A stretch of 64,000 nt of DNA from assembly GCA_964016885.1 (NCBI GenBank), contig OZ024742.1:329468001-329532000 (forward strand), written 5' to 3'. The position numbers and the translations under genes were made by a program. Below the pieces are notes generated by a model, which was not told the DNA's origin, did not search any database, and saw only the letters and a program-made list of their open reading frames with translations. How positions within the stretch are numbered: the first letter of the stretch is position 1; each line of letters starts with the position of its first letter. Positions 1-13,486 of the stretch are shown here, piece after piece. This DNA is from Eledone cirrhosa (lineage: Eukaryota).

Positions 1-186
1 GTTAGAAAGATATGTGGAGAACTACACTTTTAATCTAAAGAGAAAATGATTTATAGAGATTTTAGAAGTCGTATATCAAAGAAAGAAACATTAAAGATGG
101 CTGCAAGATTGCCTACAACCACAAAACACGCCCGTACAGCTACACAACAAATATAGGCATGTATATATTTACACAAACCCACCAAT

Positions 187-261
187 ATATGTATATATAT
201 ATATATTAATATATATATATATATACACATACATATATATATATATATGTGTTTGTGTGTA

Positions 262-357
<96 letters not shown>

Positions 358-375
358 TGTATGTGTGTGTGTGTG
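187..375. repeat. (TA)n/(TG)n compound microsatellite
   Basis: Dinucleotide runs read directly; explains the HT/CV-repeat ORFs. Confidence 0.97.
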
Positions 376-1079
376 TATTTGTGTGCGTTTGTTTGTAGGC
401 CCGATATGGTTGTGATTATGTTTGTCTCTGTGTTTCTCCGCTCGTAAGCGCAAATCGTACAAAAGTATCTCTATCCAGTTCTCAGTGTATAAACACGTAG
501 GCTTATGTGTAAGAACCTTACATAAACATTTACATGCATACATTTGAGATTGTATGTAAATATGTATGTAAGTGTGAATGTATGCCTGCATGTATGTATA
601 AATGCATGTATGTATAATGCATGTAAGAATGATATACACACGTAGTTACGCATTTTCACATGGCCGTATATAAACACATCGCTCTCAAACACTTTCTTTC
701 TCTCTCTTTCTCTCTCTCTCTTTCTTGGTGGTTTCATTATAAGCCAGTGTGTGTGAGTACGCATGTGTGTGTGTGTGTATGTGTGTGTGTGTGTGTGGAT
801 GTGTGTGTGTGTGATTGTGTGAATGTACACATATTCGTTAAATAAGTATGAGATGGATAGGTTGAAATGAACGTATAACATTTCATGAATGCAAAAGCAT
901 GTAATATAGCGTAACTGACGCACATATACATATATGTCCACGTTTATATATATATGTAGGGTTGTATATAGGTTTGTATATAAAAACATATATTATATGT
1001 TTGTATGCAATATACATATTCGAGACTCGCTATCAAAGGAAAATGATTTATGGTTCATTAAAAAAAAAAAAATTCTTCT

Positions 1080-2050
1080 CTTTACTCTGTGATCCTGTCA
1101 CAGAATCTGTGGTAGTCACCGCTGTTTCAAGTTTCGTTAATATCTCATCCATGACATTCACTCAACAGGTACCGGCATGACTAGAATAGACTAGAATCTA
1201 TATAGATCATTCGTGAAGAAATGCGGGATAGTGCATGTGTGTTGGAAATCCTCCTCGCGCTGATCGCTGTCACATCCATACATGGGTCTTTTTTAAGGTC
1301 GGGGAGCAAACGGCCTTGATTCCTGGATGACCGCATGTCACGCGTGTGTATGCATCCTACGCTTATTTTAAATTTCCCTGTTAAGCTGAATGAATTACGT
1401 TAGAAACAAGGAATCTACTAAAACTTCAGGTGTTGTTGCAGATCGTGTGGTTCGACCTCCATATGTGATTATGTCTTATAGCATTTTAAAGCCAACTGGA
1501 GGCTTGTACATTCGGCATTCCACGTTGTATGGGGGTTGTTCCTAATATTTCTTTATGTCTCGAGAGACATAGATACCACCAGAAGCATTTATGGAATCAT
1601 CACTTTCAATATTTCTAATTCTTCATTGGCTGTCAGATTCATGATTAGCACCAATTCGGTGACGTCATCGATGTTGCTGTATACGTTTTCTTTTTGTAGG
1701 TAGTTGTGGTTGCGATAGTGTCGGCGGCTGTGGTTGGCAGCAACGGAGCTCTGTAGTTCCCTGCTGTATTCTGTTGAGGGAATTAAGCTCTTATGTTGAT
1801 GTTATCAAACCATAGATGGCATCGATGCGTGTTATCTTCAACGACATCATGTAGGTCCACACTACTAGGATTATGAATTAAATCCGGGATTTCATACTGC
1901 TCTTCCTGTTATATATGTAGGGGTATCACCAAACTAATCACAGACCATATTTCTGTTCAGGTTATTTTTATATGAGGGTTCCGTTACACTCCATGACAAC
2001 ACAGGCCAGCATCCTCAAGATATTCACATCTGGTGTGATCCGGGAAATCT
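1080..2050 (-). mobile_element. Highly decayed Gypsy-like pol/integrase remnant
   Basis: Minus-strand translation gives GHPGIKA (~1310-1335, integrase HHCC region) followed by IYID....SCRYLL, like HIDLVGP..YLL; many stops and frameshifts. Confidence 0.35.
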
Positions 2051-2078
2051 TAATTTCTCTCGTTCTTCTCCCTTAAGT

Positions 2079-2221
2079 AGCATTACAGGTGCTTTATTTT
2101 ATGGAGCCCGTGGGAATGAAAGGCAAAGTTAACCTCGATGAGTTTTATACTCAGACCATAACGGGCAGCAACTCTATGCTGCAAAGCATAGCCTCCGAAC
2201 CTCTACTGATTCTGCCAGTTC
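2079..2221 (-). mobile_element. SINE family A, degenerate copy
   Basis: Matches the other copies (atgaaaggcaaagttaacctcg...actcaga...ctgcca). Confidence 0.8.
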
Positions 2222-2849
2222 AAATAATAACAATGATAATATATCGCTGTTTGAGTGGTTGTTCGTGTATGTACACATGTATCAGTGTATGGAGAGAGAC
2301 AGAGAGAGAGAGAGAGAGAGGGGGGGGAGTATATAGAAATATGGGGAGGAAAACGATAAAATATTATAAAATGAAGGAGATTGATTGAGACAAGTAAGAA
2401 GTTAAAATTGGTCATATAACGTTGTGCCCGCTTTAAAAAGCCTGGTTTTACATCTCAGAACATTCTACATATGCATACCTAGTATTGACTTACTTAATGT
2501 TGAAGTTATATTAGTCATGACGTTTACTATAATTGTATTTTACTCTGGCGTCTACAGTCCTTAAATATCAACAAATGTTATCTTTACGTATATTCCGTAA
2601 AGAAGCATAGAGACTATTATAAAACTGTTTTATGCTTTGAGCTACATAACCTCGAGGCGGCGAATTGGTAGAAATCGTAGAAACTACGTAACCTAGAAGT
2701 CCGTCGGTTTCGGCTTGTGAAATTAAAGTGCAAGTGGCTATGCATTCCACATGCACACATACATGACCTAATTTCTCAGGGATATTCAGCCTATGCCATG
2801 GTGGGGCAATGTTAGACATATGATGTATGTGTACTATTTATTTTTACCA

Positions 2850-2973
2850 CTAGAGTGGACTGGAACGAGTGGAATATAAACGTTGCTGAATGACACATCG
2901 TGCCACCGGTAATCTAACTCACAGCTTTAATTTTGTGAGATTAGGACCCTAAACACTAAACCATACGCCTTCA
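2850..2973 (-). mobile_element. SINE family B (tRNA-head), degenerate
   Basis: Reverse complement starts tgaaggcgtatggtttagtg, homologous to 59023-59140. Confidence 0.6.
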
Positions 2974-3560
2974 TAGATAGTAGGACAAAAGTTATTGCTG
3001 AATATGTTATGCGTCTTCCCGGTTTGAGTTCAAATCAGGCAGTTTTTCAAAGAACTAAAATGCTTCAATAAACGTTTATAATAGTAAATTGTCATTTAAG
3101 CAACTGAAATATAAGATATATACATATCTGCACATGACGGAGATACGTCAATGTGTTTTTAAATATACACATGAATATGTAAACATGTAAACATTTCAAT
3201 TTACCTATTTATCTGTCGATTGAAAACATGCTTAATCGATTTTTGACCGTCATGGTCTCACCAAATCTATGTGAATGCTTAATCAACTACAAAGAAATAC
3301 GTAACTAATGATCGTATAACACCAGCGAAATATAGGGATATCCTGAAATGTATGTACACTATACAAAGAGATATGTATATATCGTGAAAGCACGGAGATT
3401 AGGGGCTAGGGTGTTCTTCTAAAGACCGCCAGGTCTCCTTGAGATGACGAAACGAGAACTAGCAGCAACTGGGCCCCTATAATTTAAATAACCCTATACG
3501 TCTCATATTAGACGCAAACTGATTGGAACCATCTGAAACTTATACAGGTGTGCTACATAT

Positions 3561-3826
3561 CATGTGATTGATGGTTCGAATCCCGGGCCGGGCGCTGCGC
3601 TGTGTCTTTTAACAAGTCACTTTATTTCACGTTGAAAAAAAGGTGTTGTGACGTCACTGGTGCCATATTTTCCTTTCCCTTGGACAACATTGGTGTCATC
3701 GAAGAGGAGTCTAGCAAAGTGTGCCGATTGATGATCTTACCCAATAACACCTTGCTCGGGCTTGTGCCTCGGAGGGGATCTTTCCAGTTGCAAATCCCAA
3801 ACTTATTCTTAACCAAAGAGTTTCTT
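3561..3826 (+). mobile_element. SINE family B, 5'-truncated
   Basis: B-box ggttcgaatccc followed by gtgtcttttaacaagtcactttatttcacg, homologous to tgtccttgagcaagacactgtatttcacg at ~59106. Confidence 0.7.
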
Positions 3827-3956
3827 TAATTTGTTATTCAGTTAATTGTTAACATAACTCATCTTATGTTATATCTAAGGAGTACGAAGTGGGTTTGGCT
3901 CCTCAATATGTTTCTTGTAAATTATTATCTAGTCAGTTGATATTACTTATTTATCA

Positions 3957-4020
3957 CGGGGTCGATAAAATAAAGTACCAGTAATTCACTGGGCCTTGTG
4001 CCAAAAGTAGAAACAATTAT
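3957..4020 (+). mobile_element. SINE family A 3' fragment
   Basis: cggggtcgataaaataaagtaccagt...ggccttgtgccaaaagtagaaacaattat. Confidence 0.8.
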
Positions 4021-5912
4021 GTACTTAAAACCAAGTTTGTGAATTGACATGTAAATGCTTAAGTATTGGACAGCTACGAGTACCGTTTACGTAATTTTCA
4101 AACAAATTAGCCTGACGCAATTTGTGACGAGATTGGTCCCTTGAATTTTCCTTTCTTTCGATCGTATAATTAGTAGTTTTTACGAATATTTACACATTCC
4201 CAAGAGTAATCTAATAATTTTATCAAAATCATCCCGCATGGAGAATGTATTAACAAATATAGTTATTTGCTCTTGTAGTGAGGAAACGTGCTCGTATTTT
4301 TTCGGCAGAGTAAAAATGTATTAATTATAGTCCTATCTTTCGTTCATGAAATATTGTCGATCGCAGTTACATATGTATATATTTTTCTTTTTTATCGCTA
4401 GTATATATGATAAAATTATGAATATCGATACTTCAAAATATTTTTAAAAAATTACTGCATATAACGAGAAAATGGAAAAAAAAATATCTTGCCACACGTT
4501 AATAAAATTACTAGATTACCTCTTGGGAAAGTTCTAAAATTCGTAAAATTACTAGTTAGACAAAAAACGAAATACGGAAAAAATAATTTCATTAACAAAA
4601 ATTAAGTAGTGCACGTTGCGTTAACTGTCACACCGGGAAGTGTCAATATGGAAATTTATGAATATTTTGCTTCATGTTGATGAAATTACGAGACTACCTC
4701 GCAGGAATGTACCAATATTCATAAAATTACTTGTTATAACGTCGTGAAAATGGAGAAAATTGATTTTTCAACATAACTTCAATATTACACTTGCTGCAAA
4801 TTGCCGTTCACTTCTTTATATTGTTGCCTATTAGTTTACAACAACCCTTAGAGAAAGAAAATTAGGGATGTTGTACTCAACTGTAAGGTACATAAATATG
4901 ATAGAATGAGGATTTGTGAGGGACTTATCGCAGCATGTAAATATGTGTCCTCGATGTAAATTAGCTAATCAAAGAGTTAAAGGTTGTTTCTAGTCGACGG
5001 TGAGGAGCATAAAATGAACATTCCCTTGATAGATATGTTGAAAGAATTTCACAAAATTAATTCTAACAGCATTGCATCTGTTAAATTTGGCAAGGGAGTG
5101 GAAACATGCATGTGTACATCTCCATGAGGCAAAGTGGCATGTTACCAAATATTGCAAGGGTTTCCGGTTGAGGCAAAAATGGCAAGATATAGATTAGGCT
5201 CAAATTAAAAAGAATGTCAGTAATCAAGCGCACATATTACGTACACATGTACACTAAACCCAATTCTGAAGGACTGATGGCCAGCATCCCGCTAAATCTG
5301 TATGTCAAGGTCTTTAACTATCTCTCTCTCTCTCTCTCTCTCACTCTCAATCTCTCTCACTCTCTCTCTATCTCACGGTCTCTCTCCACACACGCATATA
5401 TATATCAGTGTGTAGAGGAGGGGGGGGGGGGGCGTTAAGAAACTGCGTATTTAAAATTGTTGAAAACTGTATTAATCATCGGCTGATTTCATAATTCATA
5501 AAAAGTTATATTATAAACACTAAAATGGTAGAATTAGTGTTAACATTCTACATAGGCACCGGTATTGTCTACCAGTGTTTTTACTCATCTGGGTACTCAG
5601 GAACTCAGGCAGTGAAGCGGTCACTACCTAAGAAATGCGTTTATCCAAATGAGTCCAAAGTTTTTGATTTGGGACTATAAGTATTTTCCTTCATCCAGCC
5701 CTACATGAAAACCTGCAAGGCCTAGTCAGTGATTCTTGCTGGGTGTTCATGTCGACATTCAACGTGGAAATTGGATATCAAACGACTTACGGATAGTACG
5801 TGCATAATGAAGAGGGAGCCCAAATTGCATGAATATGAGATCATTGATATTGCCCCAAGTGGTCTCAGTGGCCAAGCTATGAGATAATTTAAATAGGAAG
5901 TTTCCTTCCACC

Positions 5913-6213
<301 letters not shown>

Positions 6214-6242
6214 AAATGTGTGTAATCCTTGGTACAGTTAGG

Positions 6243-6377
6243 TATATTAAGACAGGGGGGAAGAAAAAAATGGCTTCACTTGTGCTTTCAACAAATTTCT
6301 TTTGGATTTTGTGAAGAAAATAAATTTGTTGAAAGCACAAGTGAAGCCATTTTTTTCTTCCCCCCTGTCTTAATATA
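6243..6377. repeat. Perfect 56-bp inverted repeat with 23-nt spacer
   Basis: 6243-6298 is the exact reverse complement of 6322-6377; 6209-6298 is also homologous to the reverse complement of 28233-28319. Confidence 0.92.
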
Positions 6378-6656
6378 AAATATATTATACGGAAAAAATG
6401 AAACGAAATTTCATTTCTCAATATTAGTACGACTGTTACTTAAATATAAGTATGTATACGTACGTACATATATGTATACAGACGTACAGTAGTATGTATA
6501 TATATATATATACATGCACACATATATATATTGTACGTATGGATTCACCGAACATTTATTATAATGCTCGGTGTGTTTGTAAACAAACATTCCGAATTAA
6601 GCCGTACAGTGTCTAGCAACCACCGTTGCTCATTTGTTCAACACTGACAAAGGAAT

Positions 6657-6695
6657 GCTGTAATAGTTTCAAGCTTTTTAGCTATCGTCAGCAAC
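6657..6695 (-). ncRNA. Minimal type I hammerhead ribozyme motif
   Basis: gttg-CTGACGA-t-agct-aaaa-agct-t-GAAA-ctat-TA-cagc; stem I gttg/cagc, stem II agct/agct; stem III has a mismatch. Confidence 0.7.
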
Positions 6696-7048
6696 GTATA
6701 CCTTCCTGCCAGATGGGTGAACGTCTGAAAGTATGAACTTTCCTTATGCATATTAACGGCTGAGCAGCCTAATTTGCATATCGTGTGAGTTAATCGGTCG
6801 GGGTACCGAAAACGATAAACGGAAATAATGAAACGAAATTTCATTTCTCACTCTTAGTTCGGCTGTTACTTAAATATAGTATGTATACGTACATACATAT
6901 ATGTATACAGACGTACAGTAGTATGAATGTATACTAATGTATATCGCCGATTAACTCACTCGATATGCTAATTAGGCTGCTCAGTCGTTAATATACATAA
7001 GGAATGTTTATACGTTCAGACGTTCAACCATCTGGCAGGAAGGTATAC

Positions 7049-7087
7049 GTTGCTGACGATAGCTAATAAGCTTTAAACTAGTACAGC
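7049..7087 (+). ncRNA. Minimal hammerhead motif (GAAA mutated to TAAA)
   Basis: gttg-CTGACGA-tagctaataagctt-TAAA-ctag-TA-cagc; palindromic stem III ACTAGT. Confidence 0.65.
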
Positions 7088-7220
7088 CTTCCTTTGTCAG
7101 GGTTGAACAAATGACCAACGATGGTTGCTAGACACTGTAGCGCTTAATTCGGGATGTTTGTTTACAAACACAACGGGCATTATAATAAATGTTCGGTGAA
7201 TGCATACGTACATATATAAT

Positions 7221-7409
7221 TGTTTCTACTGTTGGCACAAGGCCAGCAAATACCCAGTGCATTACTGGTACTTTATTTGATCGACCCCGTAGGGATGAAA
7301 GGCAAAGTCAACCTCGGCGGGATTTGAACTTAGATCGTAAAGGGACATAACTATGCTGGAAAGCATGGTGTCCGATCCTCTACCGATACTGCCAATCCAC
7401 CGCCAATCC
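7221..7409 (-). mobile_element. SINE family A, near full length, inside retrozyme array 1
   Basis: Reverse complement has A-box-like tggcagtatcgg, B-box-like aagttcaaatccc, central gcctttcatccctacggggtcgat, tail agtagaaacaattat. Confidence 0.9.
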
Positions 7410-7784
7410 ACAAATGAGCAACGATGGTTGCTAGGTACTGTAGGGCTTAATTCGGGATGTTTGTTTATAAACACACCGAGCATTATAATAAATGTTCGCT
7501 GAATCCATACGTACATACATAATGTGTGTATGTATGTATATATATATATATACATACTACTGTACGTCTGTATACATATATGTATGTACGTATACATACT
7601 TATATTTAAGTAACAGCCGTACTAAGAGTGAGAAATGAAATTTCATTTCATTTTTTTCCGTTTATCGTTTTCAGTACCCCGGCCGATTAACTCACTCGAT
7701 ATGCAAATTAGGCAGCTCAGCCGTAAATATGCATCAGGAAATTTTATACTTTCAGACGTTCAACCATCTGGCAGGAAGGTATAC

Positions 7785-7822
7785 ATTGCTGAGATAGCTA
7801 ATAAGCTTGAAACTATTACAGC
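7785..7822 (+). ncRNA. Minimal hammerhead motif (1-nt core deletion)
   Basis: attg-CTGA-GA-tagctaataagctt-GAAA-ctat-TA-cagc. Confidence 0.6.
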
Positions 7823-9159
7823 ATTCCTTTGTCAGGGTTGAACAAATGAGCAACGATGGTTGCTAGGCACTGTACGGCTTAATTCGGGATGTTTGTTTAC
7901 AAACACACCGAGCATTATAATAAATGTTCGCTGAATCCATACGTACATATATATATGTGTGCATGTATGTATATATATATATACATACTACTGTACGTCC
8001 GTATACATATATGTATGTACGTATACATACTTATATATATATGTATGTATATGTATGGATAATTGTCCAATTTGCTTATTGATGCATTCGTTATATATAT
8101 ATGCATCTCTTAATGCTCTTTGCGTATCAAGTCATTGCTAGATGTTTCAGTTGCCTTATATAGTATAGTTACCAGCATATGTTAGGAACTTGCGTGTTTT
8201 TCACAAACCATACCTATTTGAAAGAGAAAATAATTTCATATACGATTAATAGAATTAATTTCCTATATAGTTTCATAATATATAATATTGATAAATTGAT
8301 AATTGTTGTGGACAATTGTCGACGTGCCTTTTGCCAGAATAATATGTAATTATATCAGATGTGAAGTGGTGTATCTAATCGAGAAACTTATACATGTCCG
8401 TTTTATCACTGTGTAATCTAGATGTTGATTAAATTGAAAGATATAAAATCTAATCTATTGTCACCCGCTTGCATGACTAATATCGGAATTGAGATTATTA
8501 AACTTACAAATGTTAAATCCTTAAACATACAACGGTGCCTTAATCTATCTTAATATTGCATTAAATCAACCAAACAATTGACAAGCAGTTAATATCATCT
8601 GTATTGTGGCTGTAATAATCATTAAAATAGTATATCGGAGTTTCCGTTAGCTTCAGTAATGATATTCAACTTATATTCATTTGTTAGTTTGCCCCAAGTC
8701 TACATGACTTGGTAAAGGAGCATTATATCAATGTCAATACTTCGTTGGGTTATTTATATAGATCCAGAAAATCAATTTTGATGTTGATGAGATTTGAACT
8801 CAATGTTCTCTCATTCTGAAAACACTACAATTTGTTTTATAAGCCATTTTACTCCTCTTCTGGCTAAATAACATGATTAACATGTGAGAGAAACAAATCA
8901 ACGTATATATATTATTATACATTACAGTAGTAGAGAATCACTAGAACAATTGCCAGTTTCCAGAACAAAACGCCTAATAACAAAACGCCAACATGACTGT
9001 TGCATTACCTCTATAGCAAATAACACTTTGGTGGGCTGCATCCAGTAATACATAAACCATATTTTAGAAAGGAATGAGAAGAGAAATTGATTAATGCAAC
9101 TGCATCCAATCAAATTGGATTGTAACAATACGCTTTATTTCACATTGCTCCAGTTAGCT

Positions 9160-9555
9160 CAGACTCTGACTCAGAAGATCCCGCGTCTTGCGACGCATGA
9201 GGCAATCATAGTGTTCCACCGCGTTCGGTCAGCAGCCAGTTGCACAGCGTCCCGCCATTGTCTGTTTGTCGCTCGCAGGTCCTTCTCAACTGTCTGGTGC
9301 CAGTTCAATTTGGCTCACCCTCTCCGTCTGCTTCCCAGGGTTCCATTTAAGTACTTGGTTCGCCAGTCTCTCCGGGGGAAGTCTCAAAGCGTGCCCAAAC
9401 TAGCCCAGGCGCCGCTTGCAGATGGCCGAAGAGACTAGCTGCTGGTTGGTGCGGTTCCTGACTTCCTGGTTTGTTACATGGTCACTCCATTTAATCCCCA
9501 GGATCTTTCGCAGACACCTGGAATCGAATGCGTCCAACTTCTTCGCTTGGCTGGT
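9160..9555 (-). mobile_element. RTE-clade LINE 3' fragment
   Basis: KKLDAFDSRCLRKILGIKWSDHVTNQEV...RRLG*FGHALR, a typical RTE post-RT C-terminus, ending in a short tgagtc-type tail. Confidence 0.85.
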
Positions 9556-11614
9556 AAAAATGAATTCTACCTCTAAATCAAAGTTCAACCTTATCACACA
9601 CGGGGTCAGGTTTAATCCCCTTGAGGAATATGTTGCGACTGTATGTCTCTGCTGAATAGTTAATTGCACTAAATACTATGATCCGGCGTTTCTGTTATCC
9701 AAAATTGGCGTCGAAACCTTTGGAGATTCAACCCAAGTTTGATTATATGTCTACCCAGTCTAAGATCACTCGCGGTTAAATAACAAATGCAAATAAGATA
9801 CCTGAAATTCCTGATCTTAATGTATACTATCAGAAAGAAGACGTGATATATAAACATGCAGAAATAAAGTAGATTGTGTAAATATCCACATAGAATTTCT
9901 CGTATAAAGTGATAACATTTAACATTATTGGCACTTTACATTTCTCATGAATTATAATCTAATCGGTTAAAAGGGATAATCTGGCAAAAGTCGGAAATCA
10001 AGGATGACGAAATAACAGTGATATACATGTAACAACATTTTGTAAGATAATCATGTGTGGAAACCGATAAATCAATGCTAGAGCTAACAATTATTCATAA
10101 ATGAGGATGGAAACTTTACACATCTGGTCAATGAATCGTAATTGGTATATTGCATGGAAAGGATTACACACGGAAATGATAAAAGACAAATGGAGTATCC
10201 TTTCCGAGATAGAATTTCTAATGGAATACATTCTATTTGTGTTACTTAATGAATAATTTTCAGGGGGTTATTAAAGATATTAATTAATCCATTACTATTA
10301 AGATTGTGTAAATATCTACATAGCATTTCTCGTATAGAAAGGTTCTTAAGAAAGGTTCTTATATGAAACTAAATCAGACGGTTTTAATCTAAATAATTTG
10401 ATTTGTTTCATAGAACTAGAAAAGGTTTTCATTTTGTTCATATTAAAGGGGTGAAACACACCATTTCAATTTTTGTCGTCTGGTCATAAATGCAATGATC
10501 CCACAGCGCCTCAAGGAAAGTATGCATTGCAACATTACTCCGTGACTTTCTCCAGAGATTTAACAGTCATTACTTCTAGAAATGAAATATGTGCTGTAAA
10601 GTTCATAACGTTGACGAGTGAGACTGTTTGACATGAATGAATTTAATTTGTTCTGATAGGGTATCAATCTCTAGATGCTATCAAAGACTTACAACATTGG
10701 ATCATAGCAACTGTACCTCATTCTTGTTATTTCCACCACGAATGTGATTAACACTTGCGCACTGGGTTTTGATGAGAGAATCCATAACGCAAACAAACGA
10801 CTTCAACATAAATGTAACATTAGGAAAGTTTTAAATCAACCCGAATGAAAGAGTACACGAAACTACACCAGCTGTCATTGACTATTACATTCAGTAATTG
10901 CCATTTCTACATATACTAAGTATCATTCAGTTTTAATATCACGTCTCTACTTAGATGCCTAATTAAATGATTAGTAAGTATTGTCATTCCTTGTAACGTT
11001 TAAAACAATTCATATCATCTCACGAAAAATAATTTCCCATTACAGTATGGAAAAAGCACCATGATATGGATGAGTACCAGTCCTCTATGTTCAATCCTAC
11101 TCAATGCTGATGAAGGTAAATGTGAACTCGCTCATGTAGGGAGATAAACAGAGATGAAGCAATTATATCTAAAGTTCGTTAAGCAGGAGAATTACACTAA
11201 GAAATTATATTCCTGTCCTCACAAAAAAAGTATTATGCGTTAGTTTTATAACACGATAAATATATATATATATAGTATATAAATGTAAAGTTAACACTAA
11301 GGACTCAATTTATTCATATATAGGAGCTACCTCTAACAAAGGTAAGATTTAATACACACAAACATAGTTTTAAAAATGCCGCACTAGCTAATACATCTCT
11401 AGCTGAAATAATAAATAGTTATAGAAAGAGGAATATAGAATATGACCTGACCTGGAGTGTGCTCAAAAGGGCCACCACTTATCAAAATAGTAGAAATGAA
11501 TGTAGATTATGTTCCCAAGAACTTTTTGAAATAATGAAATCTAAGGATATCCTATTAAATAAGCGAGAGGAATTAATAATATCGTGCAATCATAAACTGA
11601 GAAAAACCTTTAAA

Positions 11615-11836
11615 TATTATAAACCTAATTAATATACACTTTAGAAATTAATTTATAAATTATTTTTAATTTAGTTAACCTATAATTAATATTCTACTAC
11701 TGATGAACTACATAATTCTGCTTTAAAAATTATAAACCTAATTAATATACACTTTTGAAATTAATATATAAACTATTTTTAATTTAGTTAACCTATAATT
11801 AATATTCTACTACTGATGAACTACATAATTTTGCTT
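11615..11836 (+). repeat. ~116-bp tandem duplication in the PLE 3' UTR
   Basis: attataaacctaattaatatacactt...ctactgatgaactacataatt occurs twice. Confidence 0.9.
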
Positions 11837-12051
11837 TCCTTCTTACAAATATCATTTCCTAAAACTGATACCATTAAGTAAACATATATAATGCTTTAAC
11901 TTCAGGTTATGACTCTATGTTCCTTGAAAACTATATATATTTACTATTTCTCACTAATAAATTTAATCCCCCCCCAATAATTATATGTATATATAAGTGT
12001 ATATGTGTGTGTATATGTATGTGTATGTATATATATATGCATGTATATATC

Positions 12052-12096
<45 letters not shown>

Positions 12097-12113
12097 ATAT
12101 ATATAGGTATATG

Positions 12114-12148
<35 letters not shown>

Positions 12149-12182
12149 GTGTATATATATGTATATATATGTATATATATGA

Positions 12183-12252
<70 letters not shown>

Positions 12253-12933
12253 ATGTGTATATATATGTATATATATATATGTATAAGTATATATATATTA
12301 TTTTTATATTCTTTTAATTTCCCCTCATCTTTAACAGCACTTTTCAACTGCATCTAACTCTTATTTATCATATCTATATGTATTAGTATAATTTTATCAA
12401 TATAAATATACCCATCAATTAAATTAATTTATATTCTTTTCATAGATGTATTTTTTTCACTAACATTCTTATCTTAAAACTTTAGTCACCTTAGATATTT
12501 GTATTGGCATTACTATTTTATAACAGCAACTGCTTGTATACCTTTTACTGACCACCTGACCTATTTTCACCCCTAAAATAAGCTTCACTTACTACTATTT
12601 TACCATTTGGCCAATTATTAACTTTCTATTGGTTAATTCTAAACCTCTTACCAAACAGACAGAACATATTAGATCTGTGTTGGTTTTATTCAATGAAAAA
12701 ATAAAATTATTACTTAGGTCAGCATAAGACCTATTTCTTCCCTAAAATAATCCTTCATTCATAATATTCTTTTCCATCCAAAACTGAAATCTACCTTCCT
12801 CTACCCATAATTTAAGGTTCTTCTACTACTATATTATTATCCTCACCCTCACTATCTCTCTATTGGTCAATTCAAAACCTGTTCCCAAACAGACCTATTG
12901 TATTGAATCTTTGTTTTTTTCAATAAACAAATA

Positions 12934-13075
12934 TCATTATTTCTGAAGACAGCATATATATGTGTAGGTATGTATATTCCCTCTGATAGTTTGTATACAT
13001 ATTGTACATAGATCTATAGAATATGCATACCAACTCTAACACATATATATCCTAGAAACGATCGTAAAATGATGA
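12934..13075 (+). ncRNA. Hammerhead ribozyme with a ~105-nt extended stem II
   Basis: Stem I tcattattt/aaatgatga (9 bp); CTGAAGA 12943-12949; GAAA 13055-13058; palindromic stem III ACGATCGT; GUA triplet. Confidence 0.75.
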
Positions 13076-13366
13076 ATTTTTTTAATATAAGGAACTATTT
13101 CTTTGTTTATTCATTATTTTCTTAATTTATCTTGACTCTGTTTTCCGTTTATTTTTCACCGAAAGTAGTTTTTGAATGCATCTTCTCTTTTCATGATATC
13201 CGGATTACATTGAGTTCTTCATACGGATTGGACACTACCGTAAACTTTTGGTAGATGTATCTACATATATATATATATATATAAATATATAAATATATAT
13301 ATATATAATAATGTATACACAGACACCCATACGCACACACAGAGACGTATATATATATATATATAT

Positions 13367-13429
<63 letters not shown>

Positions 13430-13441
13430 TTTATGTATGTA

Positions 13442-13486
<45 letters not shown>

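Larger units (their letters stand above)
6389..8036. mobile_element. Retrozyme-like array 1: ~432-bp hammerhead-containing unit, ~1.25 units on minus, then ~2 interrupted units on plus
   Basis: cggaaa(a/t)aatgaaacgaaatttc recurs at 6390 and 6820; 6945-7220 and 7410-8036 are reverse-complement copies; each unit has an octamer, an HHR core and AATAAA. Confidence 0.8.
11271..13258 (+). mobile_element. 5'-truncated Penelope-like element (Naiad-type): GIY-YIG endonuclease plus 3' UTR/pLTR
   Basis: 11271-11627 translates (one frameshift) IVYKCKV..YSYIGATS..RFNTHKHSF..LTWSVL..ECRLCSQE..LLNKREE..SCNH; HHR near the 3' end; (TA)n on both sides. Confidence 0.85.

Noticed and set aside
169-989. ORFs rich in HT/CV/YI/RE/LS (here and throughout the window)
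   Set aside because: They are translations of microsatellites, not genes
4440-4780. Degenerate ~180-bp duplication with aaaattact motifs
   Set aside because: Too decayed to assign; no ribozyme or element termini
11698-11825. ctgatga motifs in the duplicated segment and at ~11107
   Set aside because: No stem II or GAAA partner
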